Below are positions 10,146-19,316 of a DNA stretch of 40,976 nt, piece by piece; positions within the stretch are counted from its first letter, which is position 1; every line of letters starts with the position of its first letter. The position numbers and the translations under genes are program-made. This DNA is from Bacteroidia bacterium (GTDB lineage: Bacteria > Bacteroidota > Bacteroidia > UBA10329), in assembly GCA_047614525.1 (NCBI GenBank), contig JBLHEU010000003.1:1-40976 (forward strand), in the 5' to 3' direction. The notes beneath the pieces were generated by a model. The model made no database searches and was not told where the DNA came from. It was given only the letters and a program-made list of their open reading frames with translations.

Positions 10146-10649
10146 ATGAGCGAGACAAAGAACCCAAGAGTATTTTTTGATGTAAGTATTGATCAGCAAC
10201 CAGCTGGTAGAATAGAGTTTGAGCTAAATGCTGATATCGTGCCTAAAACTGCCGAGAATTTCCGTGCATTATGCACAGGTGAAAAAGGCTTTGGTTACAA
10301 AGAGAGTTCTTTTCATAGAGTAATCCCCCAGTTTATGCTGCAAGGCGGTGACTTCACAAATCACAACGGAACAGGTGGAAAATCCATTTATGGCGAGAAG
10401 TTTGAAGACGAAAATTTTGATTTGAAGCATGAACAACCAGGATTGCTAAGCATGGCTAATGCGGGACCTGGAACAAATGGATCTCAATTCTTCATCACAA
10501 CCATTTCTTGTCCTTGGTTAGATGGAGCACACGTGGTTTTTGGAAGGGTAACCAAAGGATTAGACATAGTTGAAAAGATTGAACTTTGTGGCTCGCGCGC
10601 TGGCGCAACTTCAGTTCCTATTAAAATTGAAGATTGTGGTGAGCTCTAG
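10146..10649 (+). CDS. Cyclophilin-type peptidyl-prolyl cis-trans isomerase
   Basis: [48 protein letters not shown] and [10 protein letters not shown] motifs. TATTTTTG promoter element at 10119-10126. Confidence 0.97.
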   Translation: MSETKNPRVFFDVSIDQQPAGRIEFELNADIVPKTAENFRALCTGEKGFGYKESSFHRVIPQFMLQGGDFTNHNGTGGKSIYGEKFEDENFDLKHEQPGLLSMANAGPGTNGSQFFITTISCPWLDGAHVVFGRVTKGLDIVEKIELCGSRAGATSVPIKIEDCGEL

Positions 10650-10685
10650 AGCATAATCATCAAGTTATTGCAAACGATTTTTTGA

Positions 10686-10719
10686 TTAAGCCAATGAACT
10701 TCCGGGTTCATTGGCTTAA
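10686..10719. terminator. Hairpin / probable intrinsic terminator after the cyclophilin gene
   Basis: Perfect 14-bp arms: TTAAGCCAATGAAC-ttccgg-GTTCATTGGCTTAA. Confidence 0.7.
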
Positions 10720-10886
10720 ATTTTAATCAGCTTTTTGGCTAAACGCACATTGGGGACAGGTTCTTCAACAATGAAAAATAATGCTAATAAAAAGCTGGGG
10801 AAAAGGTTCATTCCTCGTTGCTAGGTAAACATTTCTTTGGTTTTGATTATATACCTTGTACGTATAAACCAATAAAATCAAGTTCA

Positions 10887-11300
10887 ATGTACTTAAGAGT
10901 TCTACTTGCATCGCTGGCCGGAACGGCCTGGAATTTCTTTGGCGGTTGGGTCATTTATGGCATGCTGCTCATGGATTATTATCAATCGCATACCATCGTT
11001 TATGACGGTCTGGCAAAGGAGGACCCAGATATGGTTTGGCTCATAATAAGTTGTTTTGCCCCGGCTCTGCTAATTGCAATTATGGAGGATAGAACGGGAA
11101 AATCAAGTCTTATTGGAGGAGCCATTACAGGCTTTACAATTGGATTTTTGCTTCAATTAACCTTTACCGGTAGCATGTTTGCTTTCTTTAATTTGCATGA
11201 TAGTACTGCTGTTTTAGCAGTAGATGTAGTTATTGGCGCATTGTATTATGCGGTTACTGGAGCTATTGCAGGAGGGATTCTTGGCTTTAAAAAAGCATAG
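10887..11300 (+). CDS. Four-TM membrane protein (DUF1761-like)
   Basis: Start moved to the ATG at 10887 (MYLRVLLAS). Four hydrophobic segments; FFGGWVIYG and GAITGF patterns. Confidence 0.65.
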   Translation: MYLRVLLASLAGTAWNFFGGWVIYGMLLMDYYQSHTIVYDGLAKEDPDMVWLIISCFAPALLIAIMEDRTGKSSLIGGAITGFTIGFLLQLTFTGSMFAFFNLHDSTAVLAVDVVIGALYYAVTGAIAGGILGFKKA

Positions 11301-11319
11301 TTTAAAATCCTTTACTACT

Positions 11320-11485
11320 GCTATTCAGAACATAAAACTTGCAATGGTAATTGGTGTGCTCTTTTTGTTTGGAGGAATTCAAATGGCTAGAGACTTTCCT
11401 GCCCCGCTATGGTTTGATGTTGTAGACATAGTACTTGCTTATATTTCAATGGGGTTTTTAGGTTGGAATCTTGAAGGAAGTATGC
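11320..11485 (+). pseudogene. C-terminal remnant of a small Bacteroidota membrane protein
   Basis: KLAMVIGVLFLFGGIQMARDFPAPLWFDVVDIVLAYISMGFLG reads like the last two TM helices of a common hypothetical family. The rest of ORF 11233..11562 overlaps the previous gene and a terminator. Confidence 0.45.
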
Positions 11486-11514
11486 AAGTAAAACCAAAAT
11501 CATTTTCTGAATTG

Positions 11515-11545
11515 AGCCGTCATGCATGCGCATGGCGGCTTTTTG
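11515..11545 (+). terminator. Intrinsic terminator
   Basis: AGCCGTCATGC-atgc-GCATGGCGGCT followed by TTTT. Confidence 0.7.
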
Positions 11546-11643
11546 TTGCCAGTTACAATTGACCAAATCGACTTTTGAGGCTTGTGAAATCGTTTAACTT
11601 TCGTCTCGCAAATCAGACTAAAACCTAGTTAAATACATACAAT

Positions 11644-12609
11644 ATGAAAAAAATCTACTCTACTATTTTATCAGTATTAACGGTTGGAGCGGTTCTTACC
11701 GCTTCTGCACAACAACAGCCTACTAATGGCGATTTCGAAAGTTGGGATGGAAACGGTGATCCAACTGGCTGGAGCGACATGAGAACCGGTGTCCTTTGTA
11801 GTTTTTGCGGTTTTGGTTCTTCACAACGAATTTTTGAGGATAACGGTGTAGTTCACAACGGTAACGCTAGTGTTAGAATTGAAACAACCGAGGTGTTCGG
11901 TAGCATCATAAATGGTACGATGACTACCGGCCAAATTCATGCACCGTCTACTACGCCTTCTGAGGGGTTTGCTCAAACACATGTAGGCCAGGCAGACTTT
12001 AACCATCCAATGACTGATATGCCAGATAGTTTGGTGTTTTACGCACAGTATAACGAAACTGGCACGTCAGATTCTGCTTCCGTGGCAGTAACGCTTCACG
12101 ACAACTCGGATTACAGAGACCCGAACGGAGATGACAGTCAGGTAATTGCTTATGTGAGAAAACGATTTCAAACTGCAGGTATTGGTAACTGGGTTAGAAT
12201 TTCTGCGCCATTTGATTACTCTGGAGGCTCTTCTAATCCTATCGCTTACGCCTTAATGACTTTCACATCAAGCTATCAGCCAGGTGCTGGAAGTAGCTCT
12301 GCGAAACTTTGGGTAGATGATTTCGAATTCATATACAACCCAGACCTAACTGGAGTTGAGGAATTGGCTGATGTTGTTGGGGTTTATCCGAACCCAACAA
12401 ATGATGGTAGGATTACCATCAACCTTGGATACGATAACCTTACTGGTTCTGCTACTGTGCTAAACATGATGGGACAAACTGTTGGTTTGTTCAACTTCTC
12501 AAATGAGAATAAGATTAACGTAGAAATCAACCAGCCTACTGGAATGTATTTCATCAATCTTCAAACAGAAAACGGAAGATCCACTACAGTGAGAGTAGTT
12601 AAGAGCTAA
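11644..12609 (+). CDS. T9SS type-A cargo protein with a PCMD-like (putative carbohydrate metabolism) domain
   Basis: Signal peptide; NGDFESW, PDSLVFY and SKLWVDDFEFIY motifs; C-terminal sorting domain VYPNPTNDG...GMYFINL...RVVK. Confidence 0.8.
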   Translation: MKKIYSTILSVLTVGAVLTASAQQQPTNGDFESWDGNGDPTGWSDMRTGVLCSFCGFGSSQRIFEDNGVVHNGNASVRIETTEVFGSIINGTMTTGQIHAPSTTPSEGFAQTHVGQADFNHPMTDMPDSLVFYAQYNETGTSDSASVAVTLHDNSDYRDPNGDDSQVIAYVRKRFQTAGIGNWVRISAPFDYSGGSSNPIAYALMTFTSSYQPGAGSSSAKLWVDDFEFIYNPDLTGVEELADVVGVYPNPTNDGRITINLGYDNLTGSATVLNMMGQTVGLFNFSNENKINVEINQPTGMYFINLQTENGRSTTVRVVKS

Positions 12610-12625
12610 CTAGTTCTTTTCTATG

Positions 12626-12665
12626 TAAAAAAGCCCCGAACACAATTGTGTTCGAGGCTTTTTTA
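12626..12665. terminator. Bidirectional intrinsic terminator between convergent genes
   Basis: TAAAAAAGCCCCGAACACA-at-TGTGTTCGAGGCTTTTTTA, with A/T tracts on both sides. Confidence 0.85.
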
Positions 12666-12684
12666 TTTGGTTTGGTGTTAGCGA

Positions 12685-14604
12685 TTAGACCATCTCCACA
12701 CTTCGCTTCAAGAATTCACTGAGCTCTTTTCCTTTAAGTAATCCTTGGCTTAGCAAAGCAAGGTCGCAAAGCTGTTTTGCTTTCTTCTCCTTGTTGTCTC
12801 CTTTGCTTCTCAAGATTTCGCCCACTTTTGGATGGTTAGCATTTACAACCAAGTTGTACATCTGAAAACCGCCCATTCCCATCATTTGGTTTTGTCCGCT
12901 CATCTTCTGCATGTCGGCCATTCTACGCATGAATTCTGGCTGAGTAACAGTAACTGGCATTTCAGTTTCACTCAAGTTTTCAAACGCAACAGTAAAGTTG
13001 GTTTTGCTTTCTTCTGAGTTTACTTGAGCTTCAAATATTGGCTTCAATTTCTCTTTCTCTTCATCAGAAAGTTTGCTTGGAGTTTCTTCGTCCTTGTTGA
13101 TGAGTTTGTCAACGATATCAGCATCAACTCTTGCAAATGTGCTGTTCTCTAGTTTCTGCTCTAACTGATTCACAAAGTGAGAATCTAAAGGAGAATCCAT
13201 CACCATTACATCATAGCCCTTATCTGTAGCGCTGTTGATGTAAGAATGCTGTCCAACTGCATCATTTGTGTAGAGGTAAACCAACTTCTTGTCCTTGTCA
13301 GTTTGAGCCGCAGTAATGTGCTCTTTGTATTCCTCCATCGTGAAATACTTTCCTTCTGTGTTCTTGAACAACCAGAACTTGGAAGCACGCTCTTGAAACT
13401 TTTCATCGCTCAGCATTCCATACTGAATGAAAATCTTGATATCATCCCATTTAGCCTCAAAATCCTTTCTGTCAGCTTTGAAAAGCTCAGCCAATTTATC
13501 AGTCACTTTTTTGCTGATGTGATTGCTGATTTTCTTCACGTTATGGTCGCTCTGTAAATAGCTTCGCGAAACGTTCAAAGGAATATCTGGTGAGTCGATT
13601 ACACCGTGTAGCAGTGTCAAGAATTCCGGAACAATGCTTTCTACGTTATCAGTAATGAAAACCTGATTGCTGTAAAGCTGAATCTTGTCTTTCTGAACCT
13701 GAATATTGTCCTTAATCTTCGGGAAGTAAAGGATTCCGGTTAGGTTAAACGGATAATCAACATTTAGGTGAATGTTAAACAAAGGCTCATCAAATGATGA
13801 TGGATACAACTCTTTGTAAAACCCGTTGTAATCCTCTTCGCTTAGTTCAGATGGTTGCTTAGTCCAAGCAGGAGAGGTGTTGTTGATTACGTTGTCTTCA
13901 ACAAACTCAACATCTTCACCGATTTTTTCGCCTTTATCATCGCGCTTAGCATATTCGGTTCTTGTTTTCGTTCCAAATTTGATGGTAACAGGAAGGAACT
14001 TGCAATACTTATCAAGTATTCCTTGAATACGAGCTTCTTCCAAAAACTCCTTACTATCGTCCGCAATGTGAAGAACGATGTCGGTTCCTCTGTCTTTTCT
14101 ATCGTGTTCCGATAACGTGTAATTCGGACTTCCATCACATGTCCAATATGCGGCTTTCTTACTTTTTACATGGCTTTTGGTGATAATCTCCACCTGCTTA
14201 GCTACCATAAAAGAAGAGTAGAAACCAAGACCGAAATGACCAATAATCGCTTCAGACTTGTCTTTGTACTTATTCACAAATTCTTCTGCTCCTGAGAAAG
14301 CGATATCGTTGATGTATTTGTTTACATCATCTACGCTCATGCCAACTCCCTTATCCTTAATGGTAAGGGTTCCAGCTTCTTTGTCAAGTACAATCTCGAT
14401 GGTTATGTCACCAAGTTCGCCTTTGATTTTATCCATGCCACTAAGCGTTCTTAGCTTTTGGGTTGCATCGGTTGCGTTAGCTACCAACTCACGCAAGAAA
14501 ATCTCGTGGTCTGAGTAAAGGAATTTCTTAATAATTGGGAAGATGTTCTCGGTAGAGACATTGATTGTTCCCTTTTGTGTTTTATCTGCAGTATCTGTTG
14601 CCAT
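12685..14604 (-). CDS. htpG: Hsp90 chaperone HtpG
   Basis: LYSDHEIFLRELVAN, DKGVGM, IIGHFGLGFYSSFMVA and DIPLNVSRSYLQ motifs. Confidence 0.98.
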   Translation of the reverse strand: MATDTADKTQKGTINVSTENIFPIIKKFLYSDHEIFLRELVANATDATQKLRTLSGMDKIKGELGDITIEIVLDKEAGTLTIKDKGVGMSVDDVNKYINDIAFSGAEEFVNKYKDKSEAIIGHFGLGFYSSFMVAKQVEIITKSHVKSKKAAYWTCDGSPNYTLSEHDRKDRGTDIVLHIADDSKEFLEEARIQGILDKYCKFLPVTIKFGTKTRTEYAKRDDKGEKIGEDVEFVEDNVINNTSPAWTKQPSELSEEDYNGFYKELYPSSFDEPLFNIHLNVDYPFNLTGILYFPKIKDNIQVQKDKIQLYSNQVFITDNVESIVPEFLTLLHGVIDSPDIPLNVSRSYLQSDHNVKKISNHISKKVTDKLAELFKADRKDFEAKWDDIKIFIQYGMLSDEKFQERASKFWLFKNTEGKYFTMEEYKEHITAAQTDKDKKLVYLYTNDAVGQHSYINSATDKGYDVMVMDSPLDSHFVNQLEQKLENSTFARVDADIVDKLINKDEETPSKLSDEEKEKLKPIFEAQVNSEESKTNFTVAFENLSETEMPVTVTQPEFMRRMADMQKMSGQNQMMGMGGFQMYNLVVNANHPKVGEILRSKGDNKEKKAKQLCDLALLSQGLLKGKELSEFLKRSVEMV

Positions 14605-14656
14605 AATAGTTAGCGGTTAGATATTAGGTTAGTAGTTCTTATTGATTCCGCGATAG

Positions 14657-14671
14657 TCAATAGCTGTGCCA
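14657..14671 (-). promoter_or_regulatory. Sigma54-like -24/-12 element upstream of htpG
   Basis: The minus strand reads TGGCAC-AGCTA-TTGA against the consensus TGGCAC-N5-TTGC, about 52 bp upstream of the ATG. Confidence 0.55.
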
Positions 14672-14854
14672 TTGGAGAAAAACGGAAGGGTTGTCAGTTT
14701 TGTACTGAAATGAAATAGGAGAGAGGTGACAGGATAGCAGTTGAATACCAAAGAACCACAGGTTTCCCTTAGTGCGAGATGACAATCAAATTAACACCCT
14801 TTTAGCTAGAGCTACACGAGTTTTGTTACTCGGTGTCTTTACGCACAAATAGCC

Positions 14855-15310
14855 TTACCCTTCTTCCTTGTCATCCGCCTGCTTGGCTAAACGGTACAGA
14901 TAAGAACTGTAAATGTTACGCTTTGCAAACCGAACCTGCTTGTCTGAATTATGGAATTTGAGGAACACATTTTTGGGTACTCCAAAAAACTCGTAGGTAT
15001 TTCCATCTAAGTAGGAAATTTCCAATAAAACCCCTTTATGTACGTAGTCGGCAATACCACCTTTAGTGGTTGTAAGCTCAAAAGCCGGTGCATTGGTAAC
15101 CTTTGTCTCTGGCGAGATGCTGATTAGAAATTTGTAACCATCAATTATTTTCCGGCTCATAACCTCTGCCTCAGCTGCTTTTTCATCTCCCTCCATAAAC
15201 TTATCAGGGTGCCATTCTTTTACCAGATTACGGTAACTGGTCTTTAACTCCTTAAGAGTTGATGTGTCTTCTGTTCCGAAAATTTTTCTGTACTCACCAA
15301 TGCGCTTCAT
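14855..15310 (-). CDS. J-domain + KTSC-domain protein
   Basis: Start moved to 15310 (MKRIGEYRK), with TACTTTTG on the minus strand at 15339-15332. J domain ELKTSYRNLVKEWHPDKF; KTSC-like LEISYLDGNTYEFFGVPKNVF. Confidence 0.85.
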   Translation of the reverse strand: MKRIGEYRKIFGTEDTSTLKELKTSYRNLVKEWHPDKFMEGDEKAAEAEVMSRKIIDGYKFLISISPETKVTNAPAFELTTTKGGIADYVHKGVLLEISYLDGNTYEFFGVPKNVFLKFHNSDKQVRFAKRNIYSSYLYRLAKQADDKEEG

Positions 15311-15594
15311 GTGTCCGTTTTTTAGGGCGCGCAAAAGTACCTATAGATTTCTTGAGTTTACACGTTTTACTTTTAGGTACTCGAACTACTTAAAATCACA
15401 AAGCTTGCGTGCTATTTCTAGCCCCTATTTCTTGTTGGTATTGTAGGTGGTTTTTTATCCTGGAGCCCTTAATACCTATATCATTAAAGAGTACTCAAAT
15501 CCTGAAAAGGTGTCGAAGTCGTTAACAGTAGTAATGGCATAACACAAAAACACCGAGGTGCCTTATACCAGAAGTAAAAGCAACTATGTTGATC

Positions 15595-17382
15595 TTAGAA
15601 ACTATACTTCCCCTGTTTAACCATGTATTTGGTTATGTCTCGTCTTAGTTCCTTAGGGTTGATGTTGTAGCTCTTAATAAGCTTACGAACGATGAAGTTT
15701 ACTTTGCGCTTTTCGCCATCAGAAGCAAAGCTTGAAATAGCATCCTTAGCTGTTTTACGAACGCGTTCTAACGATTCGTACAGGTAAACCTGCATCATAG
15801 CTCGCTGAATTTCTAGCTTTTCTTTATCGCCACCCATTGTTTCAAGCTTGCGCACTTTAAGAACAGCAGAATCGCACACAAAGGCATCCGCCAAAATATC
15901 GGCAAGGTTCATCACAATTTCTTGCTCATCAACCATCTTCTTACCAAGCTTCTTACCAGCAGTGCTAGAAATGTATAGGAATACATCTTTTAACGCCTGA
16001 ACGATTCTTGCTTCTTCAGAAGCACCCGTTTTTGTTCCAGAAAAGATGGACTTTATAACCCTGCTTTGCACGTCTTTACCAGCACCAATCAGGTCAATTT
16101 CTTTGGTTTTAAGGGCGCGCTTGGTCAACTCAGCAACCGAAAGCATTCGGTTAATCTCGTTGGTTCCTTCATAGATTCTGGTAATCCGAGCATCGCGGTA
16201 ACCCATTTCAATTCCGGTCTCAGCAGAATACCCCATTCCTCCAAATATTTGGAGGGTTTCATCAATTACGTAATCAAGATTTTCTGAGCCCTTTACCTTC
16301 AGAATGGCACATTCTATGGCGTATTCTCGAATAGATTCAAGCTTCGATTCTTGAACTTCCATTCCGCCCTTTTGCAGTTCTTCTCGTTTAAGGTCAATGT
16401 TTCGGCCAATTCTCCAAATGCCTGCATCTACACAAAACACGCGCGAAGCCATTTCTCCAAGCTTGTGTTGCATAGCACCAAACTCAACAATTCGAGTATC
16501 AAACTGCTTACGCTCGGTTGCATACTCAATGGCTTGGTTAATGGCAAATTTGCAACCACCATTTGTACCAGCGGCAAGCTTAATTCTTCCTGTATTAAGA
16601 ATATTGAGCGCCATGGCAAAACCACCTTGTCGTTCTCCTAATAGATTTTCTACTGGAATTGGAGTGTTCTCAAAAAACACTTGTACCGTAGATGAACCTT
16701 TAATACCAAGCTTTTTCTCTTCGGCTCCAATCGTTATGCCGCCAAATCCTTTCTCAACAATAAATGCCGTAAGCTTATCGTCATCATCAATCTTAGCAAA
16801 AACAACAAAGATGTCTGCAAAACCACCGTTGGTAATCCACATTTTCTGACCATTCATCAGGTAATGCGTTCCTGCTTCGTTAAGCACACATTTTGTTTTG
16901 CCCGAGTTGGCATCTGAGCCGGCAGTTGGTTCTGTAAGACAATAACTCGCCTTTAGTTTGGCAGATGCTACTCCTGGCAAATACTTAGCCTTTTGTTCTT
17001 TGGTTCCGTAATACACAATTGGGAGAGAGCCAATAGAAGTGTGCGCACCTATTGTAGTGGCAAATGAAAAGCCCTGAGAAATCATTTCAGAGAAAATTAA
17101 CCCTGTATTGAAATCAAGAGCCATTCCACCATGCTCTTCGCTAATGGAAATACCACAAAGGCCTAATTCTGCTGATTTTTCTAGTAGCGAAACAATTTCT
17201 GCCTGATGCTTGGAAGCTTCAAGTTCATAACCGTTTTTCTTCATTGGCTCCTGAATTTCCTGAATACAGAAATCACGAACCATTTCGCCAATCATTTTCT
17301 GTTCTTCAGTAAATTCTTCATTGATGAAAATATCTTGTGGATTACCTTCTTCTATCAGAAATGTACCGCCTTTGAGTGTCAT
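15595..17382 (-). CDS. Acyl-CoA dehydrogenase (long FadE/VLCAD-like)
   Basis: Start moved to 17382 (MTLKGGTFL), with TACTTTTG on the minus strand at 17407-17400. Motifs YCLTEPTAGSD, NGQKMWITNG, KLGIKGS, ERKQF, FGGMGY and RIYEGTNEINR. Confidence 0.95.
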   Translation of the reverse strand: MTLKGGTFLIEEGNPQDIFINEEFTEEQKMIGEMVRDFCIQEIQEPMKKNGYELEASKHQAEIVSLLEKSAELGLCGISISEEHGGMALDFNTGLIFSEMISQGFSFATTIGAHTSIGSLPIVYYGTKEQKAKYLPGVASAKLKASYCLTEPTAGSDANSGKTKCVLNEAGTHYLMNGQKMWITNGGFADIFVVFAKIDDDDKLTAFIVEKGFGGITIGAEEKKLGIKGSSTVQVFFENTPIPVENLLGERQGGFAMALNILNTGRIKLAAGTNGGCKFAINQAIEYATERKQFDTRIVEFGAMQHKLGEMASRVFCVDAGIWRIGRNIDLKREELQKGGMEVQESKLESIREYAIECAILKVKGSENLDYVIDETLQIFGGMGYSAETGIEMGYRDARITRIYEGTNEINRMLSVAELTKRALKTKEIDLIGAGKDVQSRVIKSIFSGTKTGASEEARIVQALKDVFLYISSTAGKKLGKKMVDEQEIVMNLADILADAFVCDSAVLKVRKLETMGGDKEKLEIQRAMMQVYLYESLERVRKTAKDAISSFASDGEKRKVNFIVRKLIKSYNINPKELRRDITKYMVKQGKYSF

Positions 17383-17416
17383 GTTGCGCTTATTTGATAC
17401 AAAAGTAATTAAAAAG

Positions 17417-17430
17417 CAATGCGTGCATTG
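17417..17430. promoter_or_regulatory. Palindromic candidate operator between the divergent ACAD and GNAT genes
   Basis: CAATGC-GT-GCATTG; a related CAATGT-TT-ACATTG lies at 9275-9288. Confidence 0.4.
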
Positions 17431-17498
17431 TAAATTATGATTCAGTTGTTTTGTCATATATCAACATTCAATTATTGAGTGTTTTGTTACTTCGTACT

Positions 17499-18854
17499 AT
17501 GAGTTCAGCAACAGACATTCCAACTTTAGAAGAGTTAAGAGACGTTTTTGATAAGCGCAGACCCTATTTTCATTTAAGCAAAGGCCGAACGGAAGAGGGG
17601 TTATTCAAGTTTGACGTCAATGAATCTTTGGTGGCTTCTGAGGATTCTTTTGAAGAGGACTTGCTGCTGATTTCGTTTCCGATTGCATTCATGGATAATA
17701 TTGCTCCGGTACTGCATCATTTTGGTTTGAATACCGATAAAGAGAACTTCCTAGAGCAATGCCGAGAAGTTATCGCGGTAGCAGAAAACCACCAGAACGA
17801 AAAGGGTGGAGGGAAGATGAGTTTCCAGAGTTTGTTCTACAACATTCCAGAGTCTATTCAATCGGTGAATTACGATGCCGTAATTGTGCTGTCCATTCAT
17901 GTTTTAGATAAGAAAGAAGAAGAGCGCGACTATAGAATGGTCGGGTATATTCACGCCAATGAGTTCGATTTTGCACCTTATGAAGATGAAACAAAGATTG
18001 AGAAAGGCTATTACTACAATATGCTTAGGGTTACCGAGCATTCAGAAAATGGCGTAAAAATCTACCGCAGGAAGAAGATATTCTCTTTGATGTTTTCCAT
18101 TCTGCATCATTTGGTTTACCAAAATGGTGTCAATTTCTGCTTTGCTTGTATGGGTAAAGAGAACAAGAGTATTAAAGAGGCCTTGCACAGAAATACACTA
18201 ATGCATGATGAGTATTACGAGCGTTTGCCGTTTACCATGTACTCTAAGGTGAACAGACTTTACGGCAAAAAGAAGCACTACGAAACGCTGGTAGATATTA
18301 CGCATGACGAAGCTAGAATGCGCGAATACTACACCCAGATGCATGCTAAAATGAAGAAGTATCTGTTTTACAATCACCTCAACTTTGAAGATTTCCAGAA
18401 GTTGATGCTAAATATGAAGGAGTATTCTCCAACAAGTGGGGTTTATGCTCATTTTGATGATGCTGGTAACATGCTTACCGCCAGTGGTGCAATGAACTGG
18501 GGAGAGTTCCTCACGTTTCAAATTGTAAACCCAAAAGGGATTTTCATTCTAGCTCAGAAGTCTGGCATAATGAAGCACTTCTTTAAACCATCAATGGGTA
18601 TTGGAAAACCAGAGCATTATAAGAAGCTTTTGAAAGGCTTGTGCTACAAATACCATAAAGAGGCTGGGGTAGGTGTTACCGTTATTTCTACTTCAGAAGG
18701 AGACGAATACAAGGATATTTACAAGAGTTTGCTTGATGATGAATATGCCTATTTCATTATCTGTAACGATAAAGAAAAGCTTCAGCAATTCAAGAAGCGT
18801 TCTGAGAGCCCAGATGGTCATCCGATGCTTTTCCTTGATCAGCCGATTATTTAG
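17499..18854 (+). CDS. Putative GNAT-fold N-acyltransferase, HLS1-like
   Basis: Probable ATG at 17499. GNAT-like beta4/motif A (YYYNMLRV...YRRKKIFSLM) and motif B (FCFACMGKENKS); the C-terminal half recalls HLS1 by eye. Confidence 0.55.
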   Translation: MSSATDIPTLEELRDVFDKRRPYFHLSKGRTEEGLFKFDVNESLVASEDSFEEDLLLISFPIAFMDNIAPVLHHFGLNTDKENFLEQCREVIAVAENHQNEKGGGKMSFQSLFYNIPESIQSVNYDAVIVLSIHVLDKKEEERDYRMVGYIHANEFDFAPYEDETKIEKGYYYNMLRVTEHSENGVKIYRRKKIFSLMFSILHHLVYQNGVNFCFACMGKENKSIKEALHRNTLMHDEYYERLPFTMYSKVNRLYGKKKHYETLVDITHDEARMREYYTQMHAKMKKYLFYNHLNFEDFQKLMLNMKEYSPTSGVYAHFDDAGNMLTASGAMNWGEFLTFQIVNPKGIFILAQKSGIMKHFFKPSMGIGKPEHYKKLLKGLCYKYHKEAGVGVTVISTSEGDEYKDIYKSLLDDEYAYFIICNDKEKLQQFKKRSESPDGHPMLFLDQPII

Positions 18855-18857
18855 TGA

Positions 18858-18890
18858 AGACCTGTTAGTTTTCTAAAACCTAGTAGCTCT
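18858..18890. repeat. Degenerate REP-like palindrome (family A)
   Basis: AGACCTGTTAGTTTTCTAAAACCTAGTAGCTCT, a diverged copy of 23114-23145, between convergent genes. Confidence 0.55.
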
Positions 18891-18893
18891 GAA

Positions 18894-19316
18894 CTACTGA
18901 ATGTACAATTTCTTAATCCTCTTCTTCGGACCAGGGCAAAACTGGGTGTGGCAACTCATGCATTGGTCAACCATTTGGTTAAAGTTGAATACTGAGCTTG
19001 AATCAGCGGATTCTAACTCCTTAATTGAGTTGATATAAGCCTCGGCAAAAGCCTCAAAAACGGGTCCGTTTACTGTTGGGTCGGTTGGTATTGCAGAATG
19101 AATGTCTTGATATTTCTTAAGGCCAGTTAACGGCTTTCCATCAACTACAAGCTGCTTCAAACTATCCGATTCTTCAAACATATCTCGCATGAGCAAAGCC
19201 AGTTCAGAATCTCCGTTTGGGTTAATAGGGTGCTTCTTAATTTCGGTTGTTTCAGTCTTGCACCCCAAAATCAACCCGAGACTAAACAAGCTAATGATGA
19301 CTAATCTACTTCCCAT
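18894..19316 (-). CDS. Monoheme c-type cytochrome lipoprotein (cytochrome c'-like layout)
   Basis: Lipobox ILGC; helical body (SELALLMRDM); single CXXCH (CMSCH) near the C-terminus, followed by CPGP. Confidence 0.7.
   Translation of the reverse strand: MGSRLVIISLFSLGLILGCKTETTEIKKHPINPNGDSELALLMRDMFEESDSLKQLVVDGKPLTGLKKYQDIHSAIPTDPTVNGPVFEAFAEAYINSIKELESADSSSVFNFNQMVDQCMSCHTQFCPGPKKRIKKLYIQ

Noticed and set aside
17383-17498. Apparent overlap of the ACAD (to 17457) and GNAT (from 17451) ORFs
   Set aside because: This is an artefact of longest-ORF calling. Better starts at 17382 and 17499 leave a normal divergent promoter region.
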